NCBI GenBank assembly: GCA_030704615.1
Contig: CM060731.1
Location: 14,508,001-14,572,000 of the forward strand
Reading direction: 5' to 3'
DNA length: 64,000 nt
Source of the DNA: Takakia lepidozioides
Lineage: Eukaryota; Plantae; Bryophyta
The notes beneath the pieces were generated by a model, which searched no databases, was not told the origin of the DNA, and worked only from the letters and a program-made list of their open reading frames with translations. Shown in pieces: positions 25,075-37,961 of this stretch. The stretch's first letter is position 1; each line of letters opens with the position of its first letter. Position numbers and translations under genes: made by a program.

Positions 25075-27690
25075 GAGTTTGTTGGAAAAATCCCTAAGCG
25101 AGATGTGATCTCTTGGAATGCCATGATTGTAGGATTAGCTCGGCACGGGCAAAGTGAAGAGGCTTCTCGTTACTTCCGAAGTATGCAACGAGAAGGCTTG
25201 AAGCCCAACAATGTCACCTTCATGAGCTGGATCAATGCATGTGCCAGCCCCACGGCTGTGGGTCTCTTCATGGGCCATGAGAATAACTTTCCATATGTTC
25301 TTTGAAAGTGGTCTGTCACTACCACTGCCACTGTTCCTCTGCCACTTTTGTTATATGTGTTGTACAACTACTGTGGGAGCTATGAAGCTGGTGGGGAATG
25401 GTCACAGCTTGTCACTGTTGCACAAGATGAAGCTGAATCAGATGGTCCGACTTCATGATTGATCAACACCATGTCTCAACGAAATGTGGTCTTATGGAAT
25501 GTGATGATTGGAGGATATACTTAGAATCAGTGTGGTTCGGAGGATTTCAAGATCTACGAGCAAATGGTACAAGAAGAGGTGATAGCCAATTAGGTCGCAA
25601 TCTATGCATGTGCCAACCTTGAAGCCCTCGAAAAGGATAAAGAGGTCCATTCTAACATCATCAAAGCTAGAATTGCTCCAGATATGTCCATCATTTGCAA
25701 GAACGCACAAAATATAAAAGACCTTGCAGCTGGAAAGCACGTGCATGCCCACATTATCTGAAATGGATTCAAGCCATATGTCTGTATATAGAACACCTCA
25801 TCAACATGTATGCCAATTGTGGGAGTGTGGTGGATGCACACGAAGTGTTTGAGAGAATTTGTGAACGAGATATGGCTACTTGGAGTATGAGAATGGTAGG
25901 ATATGCCAGACATCAGTGTGGTAAAGAAGAATTTGAGATCTATAAGCATAAGTGAAATGTGATCCCTTTCAACATGATGATTGCAGAATATGCCCAACAT
26001 GGGTTTGGTAGGGATGCTTTCCAGATCTATGAGCAAATGCAATGGGAAGAGGTGTTGCCCAACAGGGCCACATTTGTTTGTGTTCTAAATTTGTGTGCTG
26101 GCCTAAGAGCGGTGGAAAAGGGCAAAGAAGTCCATGTTGATATTATCAAAGCTGGAACTGTGCCAGATATCATTCTGGATACTGCCCTTGTTGACACGTT
26201 TGCCAAATGTGGAACATAAAGAATGCACATGAGTATGCACGGGAAGCTTTCCATATGTATGGAAAATGCAAGAGGAAGGGGTGGCGCCTGGTAGGGTCAC
26301 TTTCATTGTGTTCTCAATGCATTGTGAATTGGTCCATGTTGGCCTCATCGAAAATGAAAACCGGTTAGACATCGTTCTGGAAACTGCCCTTGCTGACATG
26401 TATGCAAAATGCAGAAGCTTGGAGGAAGCACACCAAGTATTCAACAATGTGGCTCAACGAGATTTGGTCTCATGGAATGCTACAATTGCAGGATATGGAT
26501 AACATGGATGGTGTGAGGAAGCCCTCCAACAATTTGAACAAATTCAATAGGAGGTTTGAAGCAAGATGGTGTCACATTTATATCTCTTATTTCTTAATGT
26601 AGTCATGCAGGATTAGTGAAAGAAGGCCGTCACTACTTCGATTCTAGGAGTCAAAATCATAGCCGATACATTAGAGCATTTTGTCTGCATGGTGGACTTC
26701 TTGGTCATGCAGGACGATTAGATGAGGCTGAGGACTCCATTAACAAAATGGCGCCAATTGAACCAAGTGCTTCGGTGTGGGGGCCCACACTTGGTGCCTG
26801 TAGAATTCATGGTAATGTGGTGCTAGCACAATGTGCAGCTGGTCGGTGGGAGGAAAAAACAATTGTGAGAAAAATGACGGAGGAGAAAGGTGTCAGAAAA
26901 GAGCAAGGGCGCAGCTGCATCGAGGTCAACAACCAGGTGCATACATTGCAGAAGACAAAGTGTATATGCAAATACAGGGGATCCATGCAGAGTTGACAAG
27001 CGAGTCTATGCCGAAATCAAGATAATTGGATTTGAGTCAGATCTCCCAAGTAAGCAATGGCGCTCTTGTCAGCATGTATTGCAAATGCAGGAATATAGTG
27101 AATGTGCACCAAGTTTTTGACAATATGCATACACGAAATGTGATTTCATGGACTGCGATGATTGCAGGACTAGCTAAGGAAGGGCATAGCGGTGAGGCAA
27201 TTGAATACTTTCAACGAATGCAACAGACACGCGTGAAGCCTAACAACGTCACCTTTATGAGCACCCTCAAAGCATGTGGCAACCCAGCAGCTCTGGAAGA
27301 GGGCAAGCATTTCCATGCGAGCATCATCAAGGCTGGATTTGAGTCAGATTTCCTTATGGGCACTGCCCTTGTCAGCATGTACTACAAGTGTGGGGATGTG
27401 GTGGGTGCAAGCCAAGTGTTTGACAAAATGCCCAGGCGAGATGCGATATGATGGAATGTGATGATTGCAGGATTAGTTCAGCAAGGGCAATTCCAAAAGG
27501 CAACTGAATTCTGGCAGCGAATGCAACGAGAAGGCTTGAAGCTAAATTGATCAGCATCCTCAATTCATGGGCCAGCCCACTAGCCCTGGAACAGGGCAAG
27601 TGGCTTCATGCGGACATAGTTGAGGCTGGACTCGAGTCGGTTGGCCAGGTGGCCAATGCCCTTGTCAACATATACTGCAAGTGCATGGGT
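25075..27690 (+). pseudogene. PLS-class PPR gene fragments (E/E+ domain followed by further PPR repeats), heavily disrupted
   Basis: RDVISWNAMIVGLARHG, TALVDTFAKCG, GLLGHAGRLDEAE, VWGPTLGACRIHGN, GVRKEQGRSCIEV, NVISWTAMIAGLA; many stops and frameshifts. Confidence 0.9.
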
Positions 27691-29099
27691 TGTGTGAATG
27701 CATGCCTCCTCAAGGGCATAGCTGTTTTAGATACCCATCCTTATAGTAGGTGGGCGTACGATTGTTAACCCCCATTGTTCAATGTGGGAGGGAGATATTT
27801 TAATGGACTCAACTTTGACTTGCTGCATTGGCTCAACTGGCACATTAAATCCATTTTTTTGTCAGTATCATGCACCCATAAAAGGTTTTCAACTGAATTA
27901 TTTGACCAAAAGGTGGCATGTCTGGTTTTCCTTGCTTCCACTGGGATATCATGCTTGTGTTCATGATATGCCTACTATGTCCTTGTCACTACCTAAGAGA
28001 ACCAATTATGGAATTCCATCCTCATAAGGATGTGAAGATGCCTAAGAACAATATACGTGGGGTTGCTCATGGCTTGGACTGGCATGCAACAGTCTCATGG
28101 ACTTGCGATTGTCAGCAGATAAAATCATGGAATGGATCCATGCATGATTGTTTTTACATCCAAGTTGGAGAGCCACAACAACTTTAGGATGAATCATACC
28201 GTACATAATGTATATTGGGAATGAATGAAGATTAGAAGTTATCATACTATGAATGAAACACATACAGAAAGTATGAGTGCATATGTGCATATAGTGCCTA
28301 TACACTGATGTTGACTTATGAGTGTTGTCTGCACACTGTGCTATTTGTAGTAAGAATAAAGTAGTCGAAATCCAAGGTTCTGTTCTCTTTATAATTCATT
28401 GCAGCCGGAGAAGCACGGAAATGGTGATGACCCACAAACAGAGGAAGAGTAGCTGTTGGCCAGCAGTGGCATCAACCCTCACCAGGCCGAGATCCCCTCC
28501 ATGAAATTCATGTGCAGAATTCACGACTTCACGTCTCACATGAGATAGTGTAGGAAACGTGGGGAATATATGGCCAGATTCCAGAGAGAATGCAGTAGCA
28601 AACATTGGTGGGAATGGGTCATGGATGACCACCATGCCAACAGCCAATGTCTTCAAACAGTTTCAGGAAGCTGCCCTACAGGTAAATCTCATCCCATTTT
28701 GGAACCCCAAATGAGTACCAAACCTACAACCAACACACATGTGACTGAAACCATCTGGCCCTATCTTAGGTTGGTTTGTTACTGGGTTTGAAGGGTCCAA
28801 GCATTGGCTTGATAAAAAAGATCGTGCTTTGACCCCTTGTTGCCACTCACGTTCTGGGCATGAGGCAAGTCACCATGCACTATCACTGTTGGTTCCAAAT
28901 GCCACCAACGATGGCTCAAAGAGTTCCAAATGAGTTGGTATCTATAAGATGGATTTATATTAAAGGCAGGGAAATTGCTGTGGTACATAAATCAGTTACC
29001 CGCGTTGGTCTGTAAGGCTTACTAGTCCCTTGGTCCCTGGTGACCATGGGGCTCGGCCTGGAATTACATCAGCAATGCCATCACCGGATTTAACAAAAT

Positions 29100-32010
29100 G
29101 GATACATCCAGACACAGGTTAAACACGCTATTCCGACAACATGCCAGTCCTCCGAAAATGTTCACACAAGACATTCCATCATTGCAAAAAAAAAAAAAAC
29201 CAGGTAATCGTAGGTGTCCGCCCTCAGCTCATGAGTGTAAGTCCTGCACTCTTTCTCCTGTGAGGTCGGGTCTACATCTGGTCCTTGGATAACAGGATTA
29301 ATTGGGTCCGGCGTTAACAAAACAGGCTCCCCTAAGACTTCAATTACATCGTCGATAATAAACCGTCGCAATTTCATTTGGTCAATATACGCGCTCATTG
29401 TGTTTTTGGATTTGTCCGCGCCCTTGAATTTCGTTCCCCGAATGCAAATGTCTCTGTTTAGGATTTTCTTCGCTACTCTTTTCAACTGCCTGCTATTAAG
29501 TCCTTGCAGTTTCGCGATAGCGGTTTTATTCAGCGGTAGCTGTTCACCCTTGCATTGAATCCCGAAAATATCAATAAGCTTTCCTTGTTCCCACTATTTG
29601 AAAACCTCCTCCCACAGGTTCCATATGTCTTCGTCACAGAGAACCAGAACCATGGCCTCCTTCACGCTACTCATCTCCAGTATGAGTTGACATGCTTGCA
29701 TAAATTCCTGGGAAAATAATCAGGGCCAAAGTTAAACATTTCATTTGATATTTGATATTAATTTTTGAGATGAAACAATAATCACAACTATCATGTAAAT
29801 TATACTATACTCCAAATGATGATTCGATTAGCAATTCATCTCCGTCCATCTTGTTGTGCCTTGTAATTTGAAGCTCTTTATGTAGTGTCTCCTGCTTCGG
29901 AATGAGGTGCTCCTCCAAGTCAAATTTGTCCAATCTGTTCATATTCTCCACCAGGAACAATTCCAAGAATGTACCTAAAAATCCTTCTCGGGCTTCTCGG
30001 GGTTTACGGGAATCAAATAAACTGGATGTTTGGAGTCGAACACCCGGAGCTGGTAAAGACGCTCTTTGACTTCGTCTTTGTGCTTCACATTTAGGGGCCT
30101 GTACACCATATCCCTGGGAGCAAGCTCCATCATGGAAATTTTGACGTCCTGGGTCGCCTCAAACCCAAAAGGAAACATGTCCTTGTAGTCTTGCTCCAGC
30201 CTCCAGCATCTTCTCACACTTCTCTTTGTCGAATATGTCTGCAGCCTTGGGTTTCTTGTTATCTGTCATGAACGCGGGATCCATCTCCTCATTTTGTTTC
30301 TTCTTTCCCCCTAATGTCCCGGCTTCATTCTCATCACCACCGGCGTCAATGGATTTCCGTTTTCCCTTCTTTGGCCTCCCTCTTGTAGCCTCCTCCTCCC
30401 GCGTCTTTGCAATCTCCTTACCCTTTAAGTAAAGCACATCCAAGAAAATACCCCAAGCCATGCAAAATCCTTCATCTGTAAATTGAGTACCCTCGTCGCA
30501 ATATGTGAACCCCGCCCTGATGGAATCTCTCATCATCATAGAAGGCTCGTCTCGCCATTCCATACATCATGCGTTCTCAAAATTGTTCGAATAACGAATA
30601 CCCAATATCTATAAGAACTCGATATTCTTTTGTAAGATGAGGTTCATCTTTTCATTTTCTTATATCTACAATAACTACGGGAGGCTCTTTCGAATCATCC
30701 TCAAGGTTTCAGGGGAGTATTCTCTAGGGGTATATGTCGGAGAATCTCCAGAGATGTATTCTAGAGAATCTCCAGGGACGTACTGAGGAGAATCTGCAGG
30801 GACATATTCTGGAGAATCAGCGGGGACATATTCTGGAGAATTTACAAGGACAGATACTGCATACTGAGGAGAGTGAGGACTGTATCCGGGAGAGGACGGA
30901 AGGACGGATCCCGGGTACTGTTCACTATTTCCTACAGAAATGTCATTATTTGAATCAGACTGAATATTGCACTCATCACTTTCATCTTTCTCTTCATCTA
31001 TTTCCTCCGTTGTCTCCCCTCGAATAAGTCCCTTGAACATTGATTCGTCAGTGCCCGGATTTATGAAGGTTCGCATGTCAGAGCCCACATCCGATATTTG
31101 ATTCTCAGATCTCTTCTAGAAGGTTTTTGTTTTCGATACAACCAGTGATGCGTCTTGGTTTTCTGCTACGTTGATGCTTACTGGATTCTGTCTCCTTGGC
31201 CTCTTACAGATGTCGACGACGGTCTCAGAACCATCTTTGGCCACCGTGTGCACTCCTATGCCCCTTCTTTTTATACTGACAGAACAAAAAATCAATGCAG
31301 GGGAGGCACCGACATAAGTCTATCTCAATACATCCTTATGTTGTGCCTTGGCATAGTAACACGCAGGAACCTCCACTGGGTAGGCGAGGTTCGTGTGGTT
31401 TGTCCTGCTAGAGTTTATGGAGGTCTAGTGGTCTACGGAGACTAGTCTACTAGAGTAGCCTAGGCCCGAAGAAAAACCCGTTTTCAGATGTCGGGAATTC
31501 GGAAAATCAATCGCAAAAAACCATGATCCTAACCCGCCATAGCCCTAATCCATAACCCTAATAATCCAGCAGCACCAGTAAACCAGGACCAGAAACCACC
31601 CATACCAACCACCCTTACAAACCACCATACAAACCACCAGCAGAGAAGCAGCAATGCATTGAAACACCTAAACAGCTTTAATCAATTCAAACTAATTGAA
31701 ACAGCTTTGGAACCACATGAATTGAAATGAGATGCTCCGCATCAGACAAGACAACACACTCACGGAACGTGACATGCAATAAACAAATGGTGCTCTATAA
31801 CCTCTGGATCGAAAATGAGTGAGGAAGAGAAGCAAACCAACAGCGACGTGGGCGATGTTGACCAACAAAAGCAACAGCAAAACAAAAAGAAAAGCAAATC
31901 AACAAACAGAACAAAGAGAGAATGAGATAATGACATCAAAACGAGCAAGAGAGAATGACATCAAACCAGATACGTAAACGAGAACATTACCTGCTGGATG
32001 CGTGAGCCAT
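29100..32010 (-). pseudogene. Sola-element accessory gene, 5' part: CTD-like repeats, truncated ParB-like segment, degenerate MTase-like C-terminal motif
   Basis: Exon ATGGCTCACGCATCCAGCAG|GT at 32010-31991. Long frame from about 31275 with stops at Gln/Arg-type codons. SPGYSPHSPQY...SPEYVPAD repeats; FPFGFEATQDVKISMMELAPRDMVYRPLNVKHKDEVKERL; ELRADTYDYLVFFF(C)NDGMSCVNIFGG. Confidence 0.55.
30708..30900 (-). repeat. Coding tandem repeat (24-bp units) encoding Y-x-P-x-x-S-P CTD-like repeats
   Basis: PSSPGYSPHSPQY...NSPEYVPADSPEYVPADSPQYVPGDSLEYISGDSPTYTPREYSPE in ORF 30675-31088. Confidence 0.8.
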
Positions 32011-33849
32011 TTCGGTGCCCCTGTTGCTGACCTGAAACGCCTGACCCTTAAGCTTCCACCGCTCTCCCTTACGCTTTGCTTCCCTCCCGTCTCCTGTCTG
32101 CACTAAAATCCACTGTCTACTTCATTTCCTCCACTGCACTGAACTGCACGCTCTCTTCTCTCAGCTCTCACGGCACCCTACACAACGCGCTCTCTGCTCT
32201 TCACACTCTCCCCCCTTCAAAACTCTTTGTTTTCTAGCGCTAGTCGGTCTTACCACTTCCGCAGCGCTTCCGCGTACACAATGGAGTGGCGAAAGGGTGG
32301 GCTGAACGACCACACCCCTTATATGGTGCCGTCGCAAAGGATCTGAACCATCGCGTCCTTTTGAAATCGAACGGTCGCGCGTGTTCCATCCAACATCCAT
32401 GCAAATATCATCCAATTTATCTTTTCCATTCTGTCCATCCATTTTACGAATGACTAGATGAAATGAACGAGAAAATATGACGTTAATGATCCCTTGCACA
32501 GGATCATCAATTATAACCCCGCGGGATATTTCCCACACCCCACACGTGACGATAAATGAAATGTACAAGTCAGATCCTCCTGCGGTGTTTTGCCGATGGG
32601 ATTTACTGCTCCTGACCATGTTTACATTCGGCGGATTAAGGCTTGGAATATTTCCTCTGTCACTCATTTACGCCCGCCGCATTCTCGGCCGACTGTCATA
32701 GCTGCACGAATTCATGAGACACTTATCATCGGCGTCAGGCCTTCATCCACTTGGACAGCATTGAATGCGAAATACGTACTGCTTGATAAGCACGAGTGCG
32801 AAACCATTGAATTACCGTTATCGTTCTGGCATCATAATTGTTACATAGGGATCTACCAGTGAAGGACACTCTTTTCCGAAATCGGTCAAAGAGTGCACTC
32901 CTGCACTATCCAGAACCGTTCAATTGTGGCCATATCGGATATCAACGGCGACGGAAATCAATCCGCGAGACAATGTATCGCACTATCCCATTGGAGGAGT
33001 TCCAGCGGGCAGCCTGGTTTCCACCACTATATAAGGTCTGAGTGCAAACTGTTCAAACCTCTATCTCCATACCTCTCACTTGCAGATTGTGTTTCCCGCA
33101 CCTCTCTGGTCATCTCCCACCCCACTTCCCATAGTGCACCTCTCTGAGCATCCTGTACCTTTGTGGCCATCGCAGGTGTACCTCTCTGAATTTCCATAAT
33201 CTCTCGTGTGAACTGCATTTTCTCCCGTACTAAATGTTATGACATCTGTGTGTTTTCGATAGTCTACAGGAAAATCTACTTATTTCTCATCTGCATGTTT
33301 AGAAATTACAGTCCAATACTCTTCAATTTCTGTATTTCGTCATACCTCAAGTTGTGGACCTCCACTGGACAGTCGCGTCAATGCTCACATTCATCCGCCA
33401 TTACAATTATTCATCCACGTAACCATGTTCATCCACTAGTATTCATCCGTCCGACTTTTTTCATAATTATCTCATCCAACCTCCACTGTACAGTGGAGGT
33501 TATATAATTAGACACAATCTTCATATGACATGTTCCAGACCAAACAATAATTCCATTTCTATTCTACTTCTCTGGAACGTTCATACGCGAGTGTATTTCC
33601 TTTTATTGTATTGATTCATCTCTGAATATAGTCTTAACTCATACTGCTTATTACTGTAAGTAAGGTCGTCACGGAGGGGTTTTCAGTTTCTTGAACCTCG
33701 CGTGTGCAGTGGAGGTTCCGGTGATCATGAGCTTAGAGACGGGTCAAAGAGTGTTTCTTACTCTTCCCGGGTCTTCATCTTCAGTAGCCACTGGGGACTG
33801 CCTTAATGTCTCCGGGGTTGGGACCTGTCATGGACACCAATTATCTTTC

Positions 33850-36800
33850 TCTCATTTCAGTGGTTCTTATCTCCTGTGATGAAGCACACTCATTATGTCC
33901 TCTTCCTTATGGACATATGGATGCTGACACCTTGAAGGAGGCAATTGGGACCCCGGTGGTGTGGAATGTTTGCGAAGTTCATGCGGAGAATAAGAGTATC
34001 AAGGAGGGCCTGACATAAATCCTGATTTTATGACGGAGACAAGGGATACTGCCGAGAATTCTGACGACGACGAGGATGAATCAAATTACAGACCATCGAA
34101 GAGTTCCGGGAATCCGAGCGGAGGACTCGGAAGAAACAATTGGAGAAACTTGCAATGCGTACTGTTGGGTGATGATGGGGGTGCACTGTTCGAGGGGAGG
34201 ATTCAAGCCTGCATTCCGGACGAGGTGATCCTCAATGACAAACTGGGAGAGGACGATGTTGGAGTTCTTGTCACCAGAATACTTTCTGGAGGATCTGGAT
34301 CTTTGATGTCTATTGTAAAATGGCATTTAACAAAAACACGACTTTTGGAAAGTGGGAGACTACTCTCAAATGATGTGGAGAATTTTATTAGATCTTTCGA
34401 CAGTATTTTGTACGAAGATCACGAGGCAGGTGTGAAGAAAGTGGCTTATCGGCATTTTACGAGGAAGAAGAGGGATCGAGATTTGGAACACTCCAAAAAA
34501 AGAATGAAGAATCTTACTCTGGAGGAAGTCCGGTCCATGAGCAGCAAACCTTGCTGCAGACTTCACTGCTGTCAATATTTCGATTGGCGAAAAACCTTGG
34601 CTATCCGTACTTCGTTTTGGGGATCCACTTTCGATGAGAGGAGATAACACGGACTAAATGTTTCAAAACGACTTCACATGCTGGAAGGATCCTCTCGCAG
34701 GGCATACGTTACGATTGAGGGTGTGGATGTTTGTGAGACTGCTTGGTGGAAAATTCATGGAATTGGCAGGTCCACATACATGGAGTACAAAAAGTTGAGT
34801 AAACAGGGTTGGTTGTCAAGTCTCCATGGGAACCGTGGAGTGAAGAGGCCACGCCCAAAGACACTTCAAGCAGAGGGTAACATTATGTCCATTATCAACG
34901 GAAATACTGACCTTATGCCCCATAAGACAAGATGCATTGGGGAGGGAAGGAGGGATATTTTGAGAGTCTTACCATCTGAAATGAACTGGAAGCGAATACG
35001 AGACGAGTCCAACGAGGTATGAAATCTCCATTCTTCAATTTCGTTCCTGGAAGTCTTTTCTGATTCAATTTGGATGATCCTCCTTTCGATTTTGTCTCCT
35101 TCGACTGTGGTTCTAGCTTCATGATCCTCCACTGTCCAGTCACTACAACAGATCGCGGTAGTTATGATTGCCAAACCGTGGTAGTCATGGTTTTCATGAT
35201 TTTGACCATGACTGCACCATGTTTTTATATGAAATTGACCTCCCGCAGTCGTTCATACGACTGTAGTCATATGAACGACTATCTAAATAGTCGTCAGTAT
35301 GACTACGTGGCTCCGGAATGGGCGGAAGGCTGGTCAACGGCAATTGACCAGATTTAGCTCACCATTCATAGTCATTTCCATGATTACAGTGTACATGGAT
35401 GAGGTTACATAGTCATGATGATTACTAGGGATTTTGTAATTTGGTGTGTATAATACAATTAAAACACCATATGATTATATGAATGACTAATGGGTGTATT
35501 GGTTAACAGGTAGTGAACTATAACTCTTATAGTAAAGAGGTTGCAGGTTCAAACTCCTCTAAGTACAATCAAATGGATAAGATGGCCCTAGGATTAGTAG
35601 GCAAGTTAGGGATAGCACGTGGTACCCTAGATGGACTGCCACGTGGTTTTTTCATTATTATAAAATGCATTATGCCACATGGCACAATGCGGTGCGATGC
35701 GGCGTTTGACATATGTTTTTATTTTTTTAGTTTTTTTAATTTAATTTAATTTTTTAAATCAATTGCGCCTCGCCATGTAGCGCGGCAACGGCGGCTGCAG
35801 TATGGTATATATGACTGCAATGAGAGATATCACTTGGTTCATATGACTATAGTCATCCGAACTGTACCATCCTGTACTCATTGTATTGACTTGGTTTGCA
35901 CGACTTACAGTCATAGAAGTCATATGTACCGTTTATGACTGCAGAATAGTCATATATACAGTCATAAATACTGGGATCTGTTGTAATGAGTGGACGTTAC
36001 TTTCCTAACCCTGCCTTATTGTAACAGTCCAACAGACTATTCGGGTTGGATGGAGTCTCGCAGTCGGCTGTTAGCCGCATCCGGAGTCGGATTTTTCCTA
36101 ACGTGGAGGTTCGTAAAACTGGGAGTACATTTACGAAGTGCACGGAGTATGAGATGTTAAAGGATCTGATCAGAAAGTCTGTCAAGAGAAGTGCGGAACA
36201 GGTGACACATAAACGAGCTCTTGATAAACATTTGAGGCACCAAGAGTCGTGCAGAGGACTGTACCATAGCTGGATGAATGAGTCTATTATGATTCCGGAG
36301 GAGTTTCTCTGTATTATTCATGACAAAATGGATCATAGGAAGACAGCTGTTCCAAGCCTACAGACTCCAAACAAGATGATTTCTGGATTGGGTCAGCTTC
36401 CAGTTTCACTAACGGGAATGGTCACGCACGGACACGGTGATGGAGCTTACGGACAGTTCTCTTGAGTTCTGGAAGGGAAATTCAAACTTTACAGTTGGTT
36501 CTTTGGCCCGTTACCTGCGCCAGCTGGAGAAGCCAACCTGTCGCGAGTTCAGGAACATTTTCGATTACCGACTTCAAAACGAGTTTTTCGAATCACTTTT
36601 AAGAGGTAAATCGAGATGTTTGGATGCTCTGAAACCCTGCGGGCCAGAAGACAAACGTTGTGCTCGTCCACTTCCGAGAAGACTGTACTTGCAAATGGAC
36701 AACTCCGCGAAGGACAATAAGAACAGATGGATGCTTGCTTTTCTATCCCTCCTGACCGCCAAAGATGTTTTTGAAGAGATCCAACTAGGGTTCCTAATGG

Positions 36801-37961
36801 TCGGATACACCCATGAGGACATCGACGGGTTCTTCAGCTACCTTTTGAAGAAGCTGAAGGAACGAAGCACCTACATTCTTTCGGATTTGATGAGGTCTTT
36901 TATGACATCGCAAGATCTGCAGTTCATTCCACAGATTATTCAGGAGGTTCCCGACTTCAAGAATTTTGTCAAGGGCTGTATTCTGGATGAAAAAGAGGCG
37001 TTGGTCGGGATTTCGGAAATGCACGTCTTCCGTTTTTTTAAGGATGCCGAGGGTTGGCCCGTCATGAAGTACAAGAAGTCCGCTACTGATTTGGATTGGC
37101 TTCCAACAAACAATAGCGTGAAGATGTGGAAGTCCAATCCTGACGGGACTCCCAAGCTCCCTGAAGGAGACCCAGACGCTGTTCCAAGGAGACCTATCCG
37201 GGGAGTCGGGGACGACCCCTCCGAAAAACAGTCATTCATTAAGAATGGAATAAAAAATACATGGATTTTTGGACGAAAAGAATGATGCTTGACGATCATG
37301 ACAGAGGTCGAATGGAACAATACGACCAGTACTGGGGAAACATTCTCGCCGAGGTGGATAAGCCAATTCCGGAAGCTCCTGAGCGTATTCAGCTTCTTGA
37401 GGGATTCTGGCCGAAAACAAATTGGTCCAAGAATCATCACAGAGATGGAATCCATCCACATATAGTGCCAGATGTGGAAGAAGAGGATGAAATCCTAGAA
37501 CCTTACTGTGGCCCGAGGTGTGAGCGACCAAGAATATCCTTGAATCCGTTCAAGGATATTGAGAAAGGGTTCTTTGTGCTCGTTCGCCCTCATGACCCAA
37601 GTACGTGCCCGGTCTGGATGGGAGTGACAATATCTGACATGATCCGCGAAATGGAGGTCCTAATTTTAAGAATGTGAAGGTGGAGTGGTGGAGATCGAGA
37701 AAAGGTGGTAACCCAACAGACTTGGAAAGGTACAGGGACTGTTGGTCAAAACTTTGGGAGTATAACTCAACAGATCCTCCTCAATGGATCCACGTGAACA
37801 ATGTTGTGTGGACAATGCCTCCACGAAAAAATACGACAAGGAATAGCACTAAGAGAATTACTGCCGTCGAAGCAGTGAAGGCGCGCGCTAATTTGGAGGA
37901 GGCTATTCGTCAGTCAGAAAGCGAGTCGTGCGAGCGAGTTCCAGACCAAAGACATATTTAA
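33850..37961 (+). pseudogene. Sola1-like DDD transposase, inactivated (intron 35017-36027; stops and frameshifts; start not located)
   Basis: CCRLHCCQYF, GVDVCETAWWKIHGIGRS, FTKCTE, CIIHDKMDH (D1), LYLQMDNSAKDNKN (D2), FLMVGYTHEDIDGFFS (D3; family GHTH here GYTH). In-frame TAA at 34016 and 34645; frameshifts near 36460, 37260 and 37660. Confidence 0.8.
35141..35988. mobile_element. Non-autonomous CACTA (En/Spm) element, 848 bp
   Basis: TIR CACTACAACAGATC / GATCTGTTGTAATG (1 mismatch); 3-bp TSD AGT (35138-35140, 35989-35991); many ATGACT/AGTCAT subterminal repeats. Confidence 0.88.

Larger units (their letters stand above)
12989..29025 (+). mobile_element. Non-autonomous Helitron-like insertion carrying PPR fragments (about 4.8 kb plus nested MULE)
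   Basis: A|TCTAG at 12988/12989 and CTAG|T at 29025/29026, no TSD. Rejoined flanks re-form an imperfect hairpin (GATGTAATCCCTTGG...CCTGGAATTACATC). ACGCGGG near the 5' end is inverted to CCCGCGT near the 3' end. The terminal hairpin is weak. Confidence 0.55.

Noticed and set aside
30675-31088. Rpb1 (Pol II largest subunit) gene fragment
   Set aside because: Mostly 8-residue repeats and no other Rpb1 sequence; treated as a mimic instead.
35490-35560. tRNA-like sequence (GGTTCAAACTCC) inside the CACTA MITE
   Set aside because: Only a B-box-like motif; no cloverleaf can be built.
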